This document shows positions 62,774 through 64,000 of a stretch of DNA of 64,000 bases, piece after piece. Origin of the DNA: Trichodelitschia bisporula. Its lineage: Eukaryota. Under the pieces are notes generated by a model. That model saw nothing but the letters and a program-made list of their open reading frames with translations, searched no databases and was not told where the DNA came from. The position numbers and the translations under genes were made by a program. Location of the stretch: NCBI GenBank assembly GCA_010356995.1, contig ML996698.1, positions 865,923 through 929,922 of the forward strand, written 5' to 3'. Within the stretch, counting starts at the first letter, position 1. Each line of letters opens with the position of its first letter.

Positions 62774-64000
62774 GCACTGCGCTCTGGTACGCGGCGAGAC
62801 GTAGCGAGGGGAGCCGTAACGTGGAGCCTGAGCTGTAGCATACGCCTTTACGGAGAGTTGGGACGCGCCGCATCCCGGGCGTTTGATATGGGTTCTTTCT
62901 TGGACCACACTTGATATCCAATTGCGGGCTTGCAAGCCGTTTTTCCTATCTTGCCGCCTTGTGGGGCTCCATGGACCTTGAATACAGGTCGCCAGCGCAT
63001 CTCGCCGTACATCAATCCTGCATCGAAGCCTTTCGACCCGCCAGATCACTTCGTGTGCCCCACACTGGGTCACCATTCCGGGCAAGATGCACGAGCGCAC
63101 CGAGTACGCCCGGAGCATACCGTTCCATCTCGCGCATCCGCATGGTGTACGATAACCACTACGGCAACAATCCAAGGCAAGTTCCCTCCCCCCGGCGTCC
63201 CTCATTCCCCTCCTCCGCCGCGCCTCGAAACGCAGCACACCTCCCGCAGGAGCAAAGTCGTATCGCGCCGGCAGCCAGCACAATGATCGTAAACAACGCC
63301 GGCATGGGCCGACGATGGTGGGCCCGAGCCGGCGATAATCACAATCATTGTGCTGCCTGCCGGCGTGACACGACCATGTTTCGTCCGAGTCCGAGAGTAT
63401 GCTGCGTTCCCAAGTCCGGAGCCCGTAACCGAGTAGGAACGCTGTAAGAGGTGAGCTTGCCATCCTGTCCAGTCGCCGCAGTAAGTTACTTACACCAATG
63501 CCGTCTCGGGCCCGGCACCATCAGCACATACCGTCTCGCCCCGTTGTCCCCATCCTCCTCCCCGCCCCCAACCGAGACTCGGATCGAAATCAGCACACGG
63601 ATGTACGTCGCCCTGCGTGCTAAAACCAAAGAACAAGTGCACCACCCACATATTCGGCAGTGCTCTTGCTATGTGGTTCTAGCGCGTAAACCGACGTATA
63701 TGCGGATGTTGACCCCGATCCAATTCTGAGCCGGAGGGGGGAGGATGGTTGGGGAGGACGAGGCGAGCTGTGTTGGTCGTAGAGTCCCGTGCCGAATGTT
63801 GGATGTCCCACCCCCACTCAATCCCTATTTTAAACCGATCACCGCTCAGGATATATATACCCCCGCCCGTCAGACACAAGCGATACCAGAACCCCTTCCC
63901 TACTACCCCCAAACCCTCTGGCACGTCGGGCTGGCACTGCGAAGCAGGACGCGAAGCTTCCCGTCCCGCGCCCCCCCCCCCCCCCCTTGGCCCTCTCTCG

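Noticed and set aside
62600..63463. ORFs of 287 aa (minus) and 178 aa (plus) after VPS29
   Set aside because: No domain signal; the minus ORF partly overlaps VPS29 antisense.
1..64000. tRNA or rRNA genes
   Set aside because: No convincing cloverleaf or rRNA-like sequence seen by eye; a tRNAscan-SE/Infernal run would be needed to exclude them.

Overview
Genomic DNA of a filamentous ascomycete (Pezizomycotina-type): short GT-AG introns with CTRAC/CTAAY branch points, GC-rich, no prokaryotic features. There are three zones. (1) About 0.8-13 kb holds ordinary genes: a PTH11-like rhodopsin-domain membrane protein, RHO1, an MFS transporter, CCP1 and a DUF1275 protein. (2) About 13-35.7 kb is an accessory, decaying island. 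It carries two paralogous O-methyltransferase relics, Copia and other retroelement debris, PLAC8 and orphan genes, a Ser/Thr-rich membrane protein, and a same-strand array of four (possibly five) F-box genes in different states of decay. (3) About 36-63 kb is mostly conserved genes: lipoate ligase, STS1/cut8, MTR4, COX VIIc, ELP1, a GPI-anchored PEBP, a P450, alanine-glyoxylate aminotransferase and VPS29, with orphans at 50-56 kb. The most striking observation is in the first F-box gene of the array. After splicing it appears to start MPKNNGK|GGKNRRRRKSN, a near copy of the eIF1A N-terminal tail, which suggests a chimeric gene. All calls come from reading the sequence and recalling family motifs; no searches were run.
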